From: a virus
Taxonomy: Duplodnaviria > Heunggongvirae > Uroviricota > Caudoviricetes
DNA length: 43,661 bases
Direction: 5' to 3' (one strand)
Virus record (IMG/VR): IMGVR_UViG_3300028591_000092
Span: 1-43,661 of that record
Shown here piece after piece: positions 1 to 9,494 of the stretch. A model generated the notes under the pieces. The model ran no database searches. It was not told the origin of the DNA and worked only from the letters and a program-made list of their open reading frames with translations. Both the position numbers and the translations under genes were made by a program. Position 1 is the stretch's first letter. Each line of letters begins with the position of its first letter.

Positions 1-317
1 TTCCAGTATTTAATTTAAAAAAGCGTACTTTTACAGATAAGGATGTTCTTGATTCTTTTACAGTGCAAAATTGTTTTACATATCAAGGAACTAAGATTAT
101 AAATGGTAAACTATATGCATTCAGTGGTCTTGATACTAAAGAATATCCTACGTATCTGCATATTATTAATTTACAAACCCATGAAGTTGAAAATAGAATT
201 AATATTAATGGATTAAGTGAATTAGAAGCAATAGGCCATTATGAAGATGGGTTTATTTCTGTAAATAATGCTTATAATCCCACTTATACATTTTTAAAAA
301 TTAAGGAAAAAATTTAG
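1..317 (+). CDS. Hypothetical protein, 5' truncated
   Basis: Frame is open from the window edge through the tracked ORF. Ends in TAG (315-317), with the next ATG at 320. Confidence 0.7.
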   Translation, partial: PVFNLKKRTFTDKDVLDSFTVQNCFTYQGTKIINGKLYAFSGLDTKEYPTYLHIINLQTHEVENRININGLSELEAIGHYEDGFISVNNAYNPTYTFLKIKEKI

Positions 318-319
318 AT

Positions 320-478
320 ATGGATGGAATACTTAATCAAATAACATATTATTATAATAAAGATAAATATAAAAATACTATTATTGATTTAGAAGATCAT
401 ATAAATAATCATTCAAATTATTTTAGAGTAGATGACTGGTTTTGTTCTTTTACTGAAGATTTCTTCTCTAATTTTTAA
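320..478 (+). CDS. Small hypothetical protein (52 aa)
   Basis: Hand-translated MDGILNQITYYYNKDKYK...FFSNF; abuts the upstream gene. Confidence 0.4.
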   Translation: MDGILNQITYYYNKDKYKNTIIDLEDHINNHSNYFRVDDWFCSFTEDFFSNF

Positions 479-730
479 GCATTATTCTTTTAAATGCATA
501 TTGTGCGGAATAGTCTCAACTTTCAGAATATACATTTAAAAGTACTATCAATGAAGTATAAAACATTTATATTGTTCTCCTATTTCTTTTGATAAAATTA
601 AAAAAATACTAGAACAGCATCTAAAATGAAATCTTTAGAAGATAAGTATTCTCTTATAGAAGAAGATTCTTTTTATCCCATGTTCCACATTTGATATTGT
701 GTGCTCATGTTTTTAATTTTTTCTGTTATT

Positions 731-738
731 TATATTTG
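731..738 (+). promoter_or_regulatory. Possible Bacteroidota primary-sigma -7 element
   Basis: TATATTTG matches TAnnTTTG upstream of ORF 759 and the tRNA; the -33 element is poor. Confidence 0.35.
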
Positions 739-758
739 TGTAAAAATTAACAAAAATC

Positions 759-938
759 ATGACTATTACATATTCTGATAGTATTATAAAAATATTTGAG
801 GAATGTAAGAAGGATTACGATAGAGCTCATATAGTACATACTTCTTACACTTCTTGGACAAAATATAAAAAACTAAAATATAAAAGAAAAAGAGGATTTC
901 GTAAAGAAATACAACAAGTATTAGCTCTTATATATTAA
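759..938 (+). CDS. Small basic hypothetical protein (59 aa)
   Basis: Hand-translated MTITYSDSIIKIFEECKKDYDRAH...; AT-rich leader. Confidence 0.5.
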   Translation: MTITYSDSIIKIFEECKKDYDRAHIVHTSYTSWTKYKKLKYKRKRGFRKEIQQVLALIY

Positions 939-949
939 GTATTAATAAA

Positions 950-1023
950 GGCCCCTTAGCTCAATGGATTAGAGCAACAGATTTCTAATCTGTAGGTTCT
1001 GCGTTCGACCCGCAGAGGGGTCA
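950..1023 (+). tRNA. tRNA-Arg (anticodon TCT)
   Basis: Acceptor GGCCCCT/AGGGGTC; D-arm with GG-A20 (Arg identity); anticodon stem ACAGA/TCTGT with loop TTTCTAA; TTCGA T-loop. No encoded CCA. Confidence 0.93.
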
Positions 1024-1041
1024 CTTATTTATAAATTTAAT

Positions 1042-1176
1042 ATGATTGCATCTATAAAATGTCCTAAATGTGGTTCTATATATACTGCATTATCTATATC
1101 CTATTTTAATAAAATAGTAGTTTTTGATGCCTGTGGTAAATGTGGAACAAAATTAACAAATTGGAAAGAACAATGA
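1042..1176 (+). CDS. Small zinc-ribbon protein (44 aa)
   Basis: CPKCG...CGKCG; ATGA overlap with the next gene. Confidence 0.65.
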   Translation: MIASIKCPKCGSIYTALSISYFNKIVVFDACGKCGTKLTNWKEQ

Positions 1177-1478
1177 ATTATTTATTCACTCAAAAAAAGA
1201 TCTCTCTTGGAGATGTTTGTAAAGTAATTTGTAATAAAGATCAATTAAAACTACTACATTTTGACAGATATTTTCCTACTACATATAGTACAGTACAAGG
1301 TATTTCTATGATAGGTATTAAAGTAACTCAAATTTCTGATACTTATTGTAAAGGATACATGGTGTATTATAATAAAACATCTAAAAAAGTATGTCCCAAT
1401 CTTAATAAAGGGGAAAAAATTTATTTTTATATAAATCAATCTAATATTATTGGAATTTTAAAATATGAACATCAATGA
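1173..1478 (+). CDS. Hypothetical protein
   Basis: ORF track 1140..1478; ATG 1173 preferred because of the ATGA coupling. Confidence 0.6.
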   Translation: MNYLFTQKKISLGDVCKVICNKDQLKLLHFDRYFPTTYSTVQGISMIGIKVTQISDTYCKGYMVYYNKTSKKVCPNLNKGEKIYFYINQSNIIGILKYEHQ

Positions 1479-1689
1479 TTTTAAGAAGCAAATTTATAAA
1501 TTAGTTGATAATGCTCCTAATTGTTGGAGACGAGGTCAATCTGTTTTTAATGTAATAGAAGAACATTATGGAGAAGTTGCAAGACATGTTCAATTTGTTG
1601 ATGGTGTAGATTGTTTTTATAATGATAGTTTAATTGATACATTTATATTTAAATGTTATTGTTATTTAAAAGAACGTAATATCATATAA
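1465..1689 (+). CDS. Hypothetical phage protein
   Basis: WRRGQSVFN...DCFY; coupled to both neighbours. Confidence 0.65.
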   Translation: MNINDFKKQIYKLVDNAPNCWRRGQSVFNVIEEHYGEVARHVQFVDGVDCFYNDSLIDTFIFKCYCYLKERNII

Positions 1690-2381
1690 TGAAATATCAA
1701 TTCTTTGGAGACACACATGGTGAAACTTATTGGAAAACTTTATTAGATCCTGAAGCTATTCAAGTATTTTTAGGAGATTATTTTAGTCCATATAGAGAAC
1801 AATCTTATGAACAATGTAAAAATAATTTTCTTGAAATTATAAATCTTAAAGAAAGTAAACCTGAAACTATTTTATTAATAGGAAATCATGATGAAGATCA
1901 TTGGCATATTAGAGAAGGATATTCTAGATTTGATTTTTATAATGTAGAAAAAATATCTTCTTTATTTGAATCTAATAAAGACAAATTTCAAGTTGCTTTT
2001 GCCGTTGGTGATTATCTTGTTACTCACGCTGGAGTTACACAGGAATGGAAAGAGAAAAGACTTCCTTATGTAGAAATAACTCCACAAAGTTTAGCAGAAG
2101 GTATTAATCAATTATGGTTAAATGGTAAATATTCTGCTTTTAATTTTCAAGACAATGCTTCTTATTTTGATTATTATGGAGAAACAGAACGTCATGGTCC
2201 AATGTGGATTAGATGGAAACAACTTTGTAAACATAATGTTTTTAAGAAAACCTCTTATAAACAAATTGTTGGACATACTGTTGATCCTGAGTTTAAATAT
2301 TCTCCTAATAAATCTAATTGGAATTTAATATGTATTGATTGTATGGCTTATAAGCCAAATTCATTAATATTGGAAATATAA
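1689..2381 (+). CDS. Calcineurin-like metallophosphoesterase
   Basis: Motifs GDTHG, LGDY, GNHD, THAG, VGHT. Confidence 0.9.
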   Translation: MKYQFFGDTHGETYWKTLLDPEAIQVFLGDYFSPYREQSYEQCKNNFLEIINLKESKPETILLIGNHDEDHWHIREGYSRFDFYNVEKISSLFESNKDKFQVAFAVGDYLVTHAGVTQEWKEKRLPYVEITPQSLAEGINQLWLNGKYSAFNFQDNASYFDYYGETERHGPMWIRWKQLCKHNVFKKTSYKQIVGHTVDPEFKYSPNKSNWNLICIDCMAYKPNSLILEI

Positions 2382-2526
2382 TGGAAGAGAAAGTATTAAA
2401 ATTAATTTATGCTGGCCCAATTCTTGCTGCTTTAATTAAGCAATATTCTACTACTAAAGAAAATTGGGAAGAATATTGTGTGAATAAAACTTGTGAATTG
2501 GTAAAGCAATTAGAAGCTAATTTACA

Positions 2527-2754
2527 ATGAAGCCATTTGAATTAGAAAAAGCTTTTAATGGAGCTGCATTATGCACGAGAGATGGTCATGATGTAAGAAT
2601 TATTTGTTATAATAGAAAAGATTCTCATAATCGTGCTCCACTAATAGGACTTGTTTTAAGTTCTAGTGGGCATAATGAAAGAATTATTCAATATGATAAT
2701 TTTGGAAGACAAATAAACTTTTGTAAAGACTTAGATTTATTCTTAAAAGATTAA
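2527..2754 (+). CDS. Hypothetical phage protein
   Basis: MKPFELEKA...TRDG...DLDLFL. Confidence 0.65.
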   Translation: MKPFELEKAFNGAALCTRDGHDVRIICYNRKDSHNRAPLIGLVLSSSGHNERIIQYDNFGRQINFCKDLDLFLKD

Positions 2755-2760
2755 ATATAT

Positions 2761-3852
2761 ATGTTATATTGTAGTCAGATAAATAATTATGAAGATTTTA
2801 GAGCTCGGTTTGGTTATAAAACTGGGCAAGATGGGAATTACTTAGTTAATTCTAATGGAGTAAGACAACGTAAAAATAATATTCCTTATTTATTCTGGAA
2901 AGAAACCAGTATAGAGGAACATAAAAAAGGAATGTCTTTAAGTAAATCTTTTGATTGTGGTATTAAATTAAATACTGCGAAAGATGTATTTAATTTAATG
3001 CTTAGAGAAGTCTTTAAAAAAACCAGTAACGATATTTGCCCAGTTATTAGTTTTGGTAATTATGAAATTCAAAACTATGGTATTTGTTTTGATGGAGATG
3101 TAAATTCTGTCAGATATAAAGATACTAATACTGGAAAAATCTATAAAATGAAAATAGGAAAATTTACTGGCAAAGCTTTAGATTTCTTAATAAAACAAGG
3201 TGCTGTTATAGGTTGGATTAATAATCCTACTTTGCGTATTTTCTTTATAGAAGAATTAACAGAGCTTTGGAAAAATAAACGTCTTAAAGATAAAACTTTA
3301 AAAGTTGTTGTAAATAAGGATTTTGAAGGTATTTATAGGAGAGCTCGTAGACCTTTTGACAGTCGTGATTTTAGTTCTTGTATGGATGATGATCAGAATT
3401 ATAATTTTTATGTTAATCATCCAGATCTATTTGATGCTGTTTCTTTACAAGATGATGATAATTTAATTTATGCTCGTGCAATTCTTGTTCATTGTAAAGA
3501 TGAAAAAGGAAATGAACATAAATATCTTGAAAGAATTTATTGTAATAAGAGAATGTATAAAGATTTCTTATTTGATAAAGCTAAACAAGAAGGAGTATTT
3601 GATTTATATAAGAGTCTTGAAGCATCTTGTCATGAATATGAAAAAGTTATTGATGCAAAAACTGATAAACAAATAGATTATACTCTTGTTATTCCTCTTA
3701 CTTTAAAGAGTGGAGACTATATTTCTTATCAAGATTCATTTAAATGGTATTATGATAGACAAAATGTTGCAAAAAATAGACCTCCTAAAAATTCTTCTGA
3801 TAAAGAGCATTGTTATAATTTAGCAACCACTAATGAAAGATTTCATACATGA
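2761..3852 (+). CDS. Hypothetical protein (SSCM / YARA / YLERIY motifs)
   Basis: 363-aa ORF with an ATGA overlap onto the peptidase gene. Confidence 0.75.
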   Translation: MLYCSQINNYEDFRARFGYKTGQDGNYLVNSNGVRQRKNNIPYLFWKETSIEEHKKGMSLSKSFDCGIKLNTAKDVFNLMLREVFKKTSNDICPVISFGNYEIQNYGICFDGDVNSVRYKDTNTGKIYKMKIGKFTGKALDFLIKQGAVIGWINNPTLRIFFIEELTELWKNKRLKDKTLKVVVNKDFEGIYRRARRPFDSRDFSSCMDDDQNYNFYVNHPDLFDAVSLQDDDNLIYARAILVHCKDEKGNEHKYLERIYCNKRMYKDFLFDKAKQEGVFDLYKSLEASCHEYEKVIDAKTDKQIDYTLVIPLTLKSGDYISYQDSFKWYYDRQNVAKNRPPKNSSDKEHCYNLATTNERFHT

Positions 3853-4709
3853 TCGATTTAAATTTACTTAAAGATCTTTACAAGATTAATAGTCAATCAG
3901 GTAAAGAAGAAAAAATTAGAAGATTTTTATTATCTTACTTAAAGAAACATTATACAGGACTTAAAATTAAGGTTGACAGTCTTGGTAATATTTATATAAC
4001 AAAAGGAAAAACTGATTTTTATCCTTGTTTGGCCTCACATATGGATCAAGTGCAAACTTATACGGGTAAAATATATATATTTCGCCATAATCACTTTATG
4101 ATTGGTGTTGGAGAAAATGGCCAACAAGTCGGTTTAGGAGCGGATGATAAAAATGGTCTATGGATAGCTTTACAAATGTTAAAATATGTAAAAGCTATGA
4201 AATGTGTATTCTTTGTTGGAGAGGAAGTTGGTTGTGTAGGCTCTTCTAAATGTGATATGTCTTTCTTTAATGATGTTAAATATGTCATTCAATGTGATAG
4301 ACGCAATGGAGGAGATTTTATTAATTATGCTAGTGGATCACAACTATGTGATTCTTCTTTTGTAAGCAAAGAATTAAAAGAAAAATATGGATATAAGGAC
4401 CAATATGGATTGGTAACAGATGTAGCTACTCTTAAACATAATGGATTAAAGGTAGCTTGTTGTAATCTTAGTTGTGGTTATTATAACCCACATTCTTCAA
4501 ACGAATTTACTAATATTAAAGAATTAATTAATTGTTTAAATTTTGTACGTGAAATAGTACGTATTACTCCCTTAGTACAACATGAAGATAAAAGATTTTA
4601 TTCAACAATGGGTTCAAATACAAATTACGGATCCTACAATAATAATTCCAAAACAGGAGGAAACAATAATTCCTATCCACCTTATTACAACTGGGAATAC
4701 GAAGATTAA
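3849..4709 (+). CDS. M28/M42-like zinc peptidase
   Basis: SHMD, GADDKNG, GEEVG, QCDR and YNPH metal-binding pattern. Confidence 0.88.
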   Translation: MIDLNLLKDLYKINSQSGKEEKIRRFLLSYLKKHYTGLKIKVDSLGNIYITKGKTDFYPCLASHMDQVQTYTGKIYIFRHNHFMIGVGENGQQVGLGADDKNGLWIALQMLKYVKAMKCVFFVGEEVGCVGSSKCDMSFFNDVKYVIQCDRRNGGDFINYASGSQLCDSSFVSKELKEKYGYKDQYGLVTDVATLKHNGLKVACCNLSCGYYNPHSSNEFTNIKELINCLNFVREIVRITPLVQHEDKRFYSTMGSNTNYGSYNNNSKTGGNNNSYPPYYNWEYED

Positions 4710-5187
4710 AAAGTGCTATAGTTGGTCTTGTAATGATCGTTGTCTCTATTTTAAAGACCAACTTGTTTGTTTTAAATCGCATGGTTTAATTTTCAATGAT
4801 TCTCGTTTTTCTGAACAATTGCAGCCAATTTGGAGTGAAATAGGAATAAGATCTTATTTATTTACTGATACTCCATCTGATGCTGAAAGATTGGTTGGAA
4901 TAGTATTGAAAAAATTCTATGATTGTGCGAAAAATGACAGTTGGATAGATGAGATAATCATTACTTTCTTTCAAACATTTAATTGTAAGTTTGAAGATAA
5001 ATATCTAAATTATTGTTCAAAACTTACATTAGATAAATTTCAAGAGATTAGCGAGAAACACGCTAAAAGAAAGAAAACTACTATTGCTTCTTCTAAAATA
5101 TTGAATGGGCTATGGTATGAAGATCAAGATTCAGAAATTGTTAAGTTTTCTTATGATCGTCCTATTGGTGCCCCTGTAGACGCTTAA
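4582..5187 (+). CDS. Hypothetical protein (start uncertain)
   Basis: Fills the gap to clpP; the tracked ATG overlaps the peptidase by 128 nt. Confidence 0.55.
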   Translation: MKIKDFIQQWVQIQITDPTIIIPKQEETIIPIHLITTGNTKIKKCYSWSCNDRCLYFKDQLVCFKSHGLIFNDSRFSEQLQPIWSEIGIRSYLFTDTPSDAERLVGIVLKKFYDCAKNDSWIDEIIITFFQTFNCKFEDKYLNYCSKLTLDKFQEISEKHAKRKKTTIASSKILNGLWYEDQDSEIVKFSYDRPIGAPVDA

Positions 5188-5190
5188 TAT

Positions 5191-5781
5191 ATGAGTAATT
5201 ATCAAATTGTAGAAACAAGTACTTCTTCTAGAATGTCTGTAATAGATTTAGATTCTAAATTATTACAAGAAGGAGTAATAGAAATTAATGATGCGTTTTC
5301 TCCAGAGACAGTATCTTCTTGGAGAAACGCATTATTATTTTTACGTTCAAAACTATCTCCAGAAGAAACTCAGTCTAAACCAATTCAGATTCATATCAAT
5401 TCTCCTGGAGGAGAAATATGTTCTATGTTAGGTTTAATTTCTACCATTAAAAGTATGCAAGAAGTTGGATATATTATTTCTACTATTAACGTAGGAATGG
5501 CTTATAGTGCTGCTTGTTGGCTTTTAATGGCCGGTTCTCCTGGGTATAGAAAATCATTAAAGTATTGTCGTATTATGGCTCATACGTTATCTTCAGGTAC
5601 TTATGGTAAGATTGCTGATATGATCATTGATGTAGAAGAATGTAAAGCATTACAAAAAGTGCTTGATCAATTGACTATAGAAATGGCTTGTCCAGAACTT
5701 ATCGAAAAAAGTAAGTATCTTGATTTTTATATGAGTCCAGAAGAAGCTATAAAATATAATATAATTGATTCTATAGTATGA
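5191..5781 (+). CDS. clpP: ClpP-like serine protease
   Basis: HINSPGG, GMAYSAA (Ser), IMAH (His), DFYMSPEEAIKYNIID (Asp). Confidence 0.9.
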   Translation: MSNYQIVETSTSSRMSVIDLDSKLLQEGVIEINDAFSPETVSSWRNALLFLRSKLSPEETQSKPIQIHINSPGGEICSMLGLISTIKSMQEVGYIISTINVGMAYSAACWLLMAGSPGYRKSLKYCRIMAHTLSSGTYGKIADMIIDVEECKALQKVLDQLTIEMACPELIEKSKYLDFYMSPEEAIKYNIIDSIV

Positions 5782-5933
5782 CAATTAAAGACTTTAAAGA
5801 CTGGTTAAATTCTTTTTCTAATGATAAAGAATTAGTAATTGCTGGACATTTGCCAACACATGTTTATAATTTTAAAATTATAGACATTGTAGAACATAAT
5901 AATTCAGTAGAATTAATTACTGGTGTTATTTAA
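5778..5933 (+). CDS. Small hypothetical protein
   Basis: MTIKDFKDWLNSF...; ATGA overlap with clpP. Confidence 0.5.
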   Translation: MTIKDFKDWLNSFSNDKELVIAGHLPTHVYNFKIIDIVEHNNSVELITGVI

Positions 5934-5945
5934 TAACATCAGTTT

Positions 5946-6017
5946 GCATTCTTAGTATAACGGTTATTACTTCGGCTTTGTAATCCGAAAATCTCAGTTC
6001 GATTCTGAGAGAATGCT
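5946..6017 (+). tRNA. tRNA-Thr (anticodon TGT)
   Basis: Acceptor GCATTCT/AGAATGC (G1-C72, C2-G71); anticodon loop TTTGTAA with a C:T mismatch at 31-39; T-arm CTCAG-TTCGATT-CTGAG. Confidence 0.82.
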
Positions 6018-6037
6018 CAATTTAAATTTCATATAAT

Positions 6038-6256
6038 ATGAAAAATTTCTTTACTAAAATTATAAGATTTATTAAGTACAAACAATCATGCAATATTCAA
6101 TTAGATATATTATATGATTATATAGCTCAATTAGAGACATTATATAAATATACAAAGAGTAAAAAATATAAAACATCTCAAAGAGATTTACTTAATTTAA
6201 AAATGGCTGAAGTTAGATATAATATATATAATCATTTAAAGAATTTTGTATGTTAG
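6038..6256 (+). CDS. Hypothetical protein
   Basis: 72-aa ORF ending in TAG, overlapping the next ATG. Confidence 0.55.
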   Translation: MKNFFTKIIRFIKYKQSCNIQLDILYDYIAQLETLYKYTKSKKYKTSQRDLLNLKMAEVRYNIYNHLKNFVC

Positions 6257-7266
6257 GAACATGTAGTATTGGAATTCCTGCTCCTATTTATAGAGGAGAT
6301 AGGAATGTTTTAGATTTTATTTGTGATGCTTTATCAAAATCCGCTACATTAGAAAATGGAGATGTTGTAGGAATTACTGAATCATTAGTAGCTCGTTCTC
6401 AAAACAATTATTGTAATGTAGATGATATTGCTAAAAGTGTAAAATCTCTTTTCCCAACAACTTCTTCAATTTATTTATATGAACCTATTGCCAGCAGAAA
6501 TAGATTCAGTTTAATTTTAAGAGGTGTAGCTAGAGCATTTAAAGGTGTAAATGTTGTATGGCGCAATAATTTTGATGAAGTTGGAAATTATATTAGAGGA
6601 GAACATCCTTTTACTGGTTTAAATTATAGAGAATTTTATAAAGGTATATGTGAAGAAGAAGGTGCAACTTTTTCTTTGTTTACAGAAGTTCCTCCTTATA
6701 AAAATAATTATGTATTAGATTGTAGATGCCATCCAACAGAAAATGAGTTTGAACATACTTTAAAAGAAATTCTAAAAATTCCTGTTATTAGAGAAGATAA
6801 TACTCAGAGTGGATTTAATCCTGATTATGGTGTTCTTGGCTCTAATATTGCTGGACCAGAAAGACTTAAATTATTTCCGAGAAATGGTCAGGAATTTGTC
6901 TTACGACTGCAAGAAAAATTACAAAATTCATTTGGTGTTCATGTTGAATGTCTAATTTATGGAGATGGTTGTTTCAAAGATCCTGTAGGAGGTATATGGG
7001 AATTTGCCGATCCTGTAACATGCCCTGGAAGTACTATTTCTTGGGATTTAATCCCTTCTGAATTAAAATTAAAGTTGCTTGCTGATACTAAAACAGATGA
7101 TGAAATAATTTCTGCAATTAAATCTGCTCCACAGCAAGCTTTAGGAACAACACCAAGACGAGTTAATGACCTTTTAGCTAGTCTTATGGATCTTACTTCT
7201 GGATCTGGAGATAAAGGCACTCCTATAGTAGTTGTTAAAAATTATTTTACACATTTTACTAAATGA
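6250..7266 (+). CDS. CofE-like (F420-0:gamma-glutamyl ligase family) protein
   Basis: GDVVGITESLVARSQ N-terminus and GTTPRR...DLLASLMDLTSGSGDKGTPIVVV C-terminus, typical of bacterial CofE-like ligases. Confidence 0.82.
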   Translation: MLGTCSIGIPAPIYRGDRNVLDFICDALSKSATLENGDVVGITESLVARSQNNYCNVDDIAKSVKSLFPTTSSIYLYEPIASRNRFSLILRGVARAFKGVNVVWRNNFDEVGNYIRGEHPFTGLNYREFYKGICEEEGATFSLFTEVPPYKNNYVLDCRCHPTENEFEHTLKEILKIPVIREDNTQSGFNPDYGVLGSNIAGPERLKLFPRNGQEFVLRLQEKLQNSFGVHVECLIYGDGCFKDPVGGIWEFADPVTCPGSTISWDLIPSELKLKLLADTKTDDEIISAIKSAPQQALGTTPRRVNDLLASLMDLTSGSGDKGTPIVVVKNYFTHFTK

Positions 7267-7270
7267 TTTT

Positions 7271-8419
7271 ATGGGAAAATTAAAAATAATTGGTTATGAA
7301 TTAAGAGATATTGCAGTAATGCAAGCGCCTGTTTCATTTGCCAATCATCGTGGTGATGTTAATCCATTTATCAATGTATGTAATAGAGAAGTATATCCTA
7401 TTTTTGTTGCTCCAATGGCTTCGGTAACAGATCAAAATAATTATCATATTTGGATTGATAATAAATTAACTCCTGTAATTCCAAGAAGTATTCAAATTAG
7501 TGAATGTAATCCTAATGGATTAACTTTTGAGGAACGAATGGAAATTGCAAAAGAAACATTTGTTTCTATTTCACTTAACGAAGCTTTAAAAGATATTTAT
7601 GAGTGGGCAGTAACACAATTAAACTCTCCTAGTCCACAAGATTATCTTGGGAAAGATCCAGATGTTAAATACTACATTTGCATTGATATTGCTCATGGAA
7701 CATTAAGTGAAATGTATAGAGCAGCAAAAGGTCTTAAACAGTATTCTAATGTTGTTTTAATGGCTGGAAATGTTGCTACTCCTAATGCATATTCTTTCTA
7801 TGCTGATGCTGGAATTGATTGGATGCGTGTTTCAGTTGGTTCTGGAAGTCGTTGCACATCTGCTTGTAATGTTGCAGTTCATTATCCTATGGCATCTCTT
7901 CTTGATCAATTAAATGAAGAAAGAAAAGCATATGCTCATAGTCATAATGGAAATGCTCCAACTAAGATTATTGCTGATGGTGGTATTGGATGGTTTGATG
8001 ATATTCAAAAATCATTAGCCCTTGGGGCAGACGCAGTTATGTGCGGCAAAATTTTTGCAGAATGTGATGAGGCGTCTGATCCAATTTATTTTTCTAAAGA
8101 TCTCGAGCACGCTAAAAATAAAGATTGCCGAATTTATGGATCAGTTCCTATAGGATTAGGATGGAAACGTTTTCGTGATTATTATGGTATGAGTACTAAA
8201 CGAGCCCAAAAACAAACTGGAGGCTCTGGTAATAAAACTGCTGAAGGTATTGATTGTCCTGTTGAAGTTAAATATCCTGTATCAAAATGGACTGAAAATA
8301 TGGAATCATATCTTCGTAGTTGTATGACTTATACAAATTCACACAATATTAAAGAACTTCGAGAAAACTCACAAGTAATTATTCTTGGTGGTTCTGGAGA
8401 TGCTGCATATAGAAAATAA
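7271..8419 (+). CDS. GMP reductase / IMP dehydrogenase family protein
   Basis: APMASV, DIAHG, AGNVAT, VGSGSRCTS (catalytic Cys loop), IIADGGI, YYGMS, AEG. Confidence 0.88.
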   Translation: MGKLKIIGYELRDIAVMQAPVSFANHRGDVNPFINVCNREVYPIFVAPMASVTDQNNYHIWIDNKLTPVIPRSIQISECNPNGLTFEERMEIAKETFVSISLNEALKDIYEWAVTQLNSPSPQDYLGKDPDVKYYICIDIAHGTLSEMYRAAKGLKQYSNVVLMAGNVATPNAYSFYADAGIDWMRVSVGSGSRCTSACNVAVHYPMASLLDQLNEERKAYAHSHNGNAPTKIIADGGIGWFDDIQKSLALGADAVMCGKIFAECDEASDPIYFSKDLEHAKNKDCRIYGSVPIGLGWKRFRDYYGMSTKRAQKQTGGSGNKTAEGIDCPVEVKYPVSKWTENMESYLRSCMTYTNSHNIKELRENSQVIILGGSGDAAYRK

Positions 8420-8432
8420 ATAAAGTAAAAAA

Positions 8433-8780
8433 ATGCCAAGAAAAAAGAAAATAGAAGTAGAAGAAGTTGTTCCTGTTGAAGAAATATCACAGGAACAGTC
8501 TTCTTCGGACGTTAAGGAAGAATTAACAGATGAACAGAAAAAGAAAGCACAAGAATTTGTTGATGCTTTAATTAAGAAAAGACTTCATCCAAGAGTAGTT
8601 GATCTTTATAAATATTTGATATTCACAAAAAAGACTTTAGATGAAGTTTATCACGATCTTATAAATAAGAAGTGTGGACTTTCTAAATTAAACAGAAATT
8701 TTTTAGAATCTTTTGAGAGATCTCTTATTGAAGAATTGCTTACTGAACATATTAAATATATAAAACATAATGCTAGTTAA
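8433..8780 (+). CDS. Hypothetical protein
   Basis: ORF track; coupled to thyX. Confidence 0.7.
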   Translation: MPRKKKIEVEEVVPVEEISQEQSSSDVKEELTDEQKKKAQEFVDALIKKRLHPRVVDLYKYLIFTKKTLDEVYHDLINKKCGLSKLNRNFLESFERSLIEELLTEHIKYIKHNAS

Positions 8781-9330
8781 TGTTATTCAAGAAACTTCTT
8801 GGAAGAGAGCTCTTAATGCTGCAAGACGTACTATAGGTAAATCTCCGCTAGATAAAGAACCTTCTGATCAATGGAAAGATAGTATTCTTTATGCTGAACA
8901 TTCTCCTATACGTCTTGTTGAATATAGAATTTCTTTTGAGGGGATTCGTCAATGGGTAACTACTCATTTAGTTAGACATTGGCTTGGGTTTATTCCTTTT
9001 GTTCACTCTCAACGAGAAGACAGACGAAAGTTGGATGTTCCAAGAGATCAATTACCACAAGGCACGGAAAATGATGCTGATTTTGTTGCTAATGCTCAAG
9101 CAATTATAAATATTTCTCATAGAAGATTATGTAATTGTGCAAGTAAAGAAACTAAAGAAGCTTGGTCTGCTGTAAAAAAAGAAATGGAAAAAGTTGACCC
9201 AATAATGGCAAAACATATGGTTCCCTTTTGTATTTATAGAGGTTTTTGTCCCGAATTAAATTCTTGTGGTTATTCTAAGACACTAAAATTTCAAGAAGAT
9301 TTAAAAATATATAGAAATGGAAAAGAATAA
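8770..9330 (+). CDS. thyX: FAD-dependent thymidylate synthase (ThyX-like)
   Basis: EHSPIR, THLVRH...SQR and RRLC...ET motifs. Confidence 0.8.
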   Translation: MLVNVIQETSWKRALNAARRTIGKSPLDKEPSDQWKDSILYAEHSPIRLVEYRISFEGIRQWVTTHLVRHWLGFIPFVHSQREDRRKLDVPRDQLPQGTENDADFVANAQAIINISHRRLCNCASKETKEAWSAVKKEMEKVDPIMAKHMVPFCIYRGFCPELNSCGYSKTLKFQEDLKIYRNGKE

Positions 9331-9494
9331 TTTCTTAAAAATTTTAAATTCTATATATTTATGTTGTAAATTTTCTTTTTTATATCCTATAAATAGATTT
9401 ACTAACAAACATCAAGTTAATATTTGTAATAAAAGTATAAATAAATTATTTAAAAATCCTTTTTATACTTTTTCTATTGCAGGAAAAATATAAT

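Noticed and set aside
950-1023. Amber suppressor tRNA, because CTA lies in the anticodon loop
   Set aside because: The stem places TCT at positions 34-36; CTA is off register by one base, and A20 indicates Arg.
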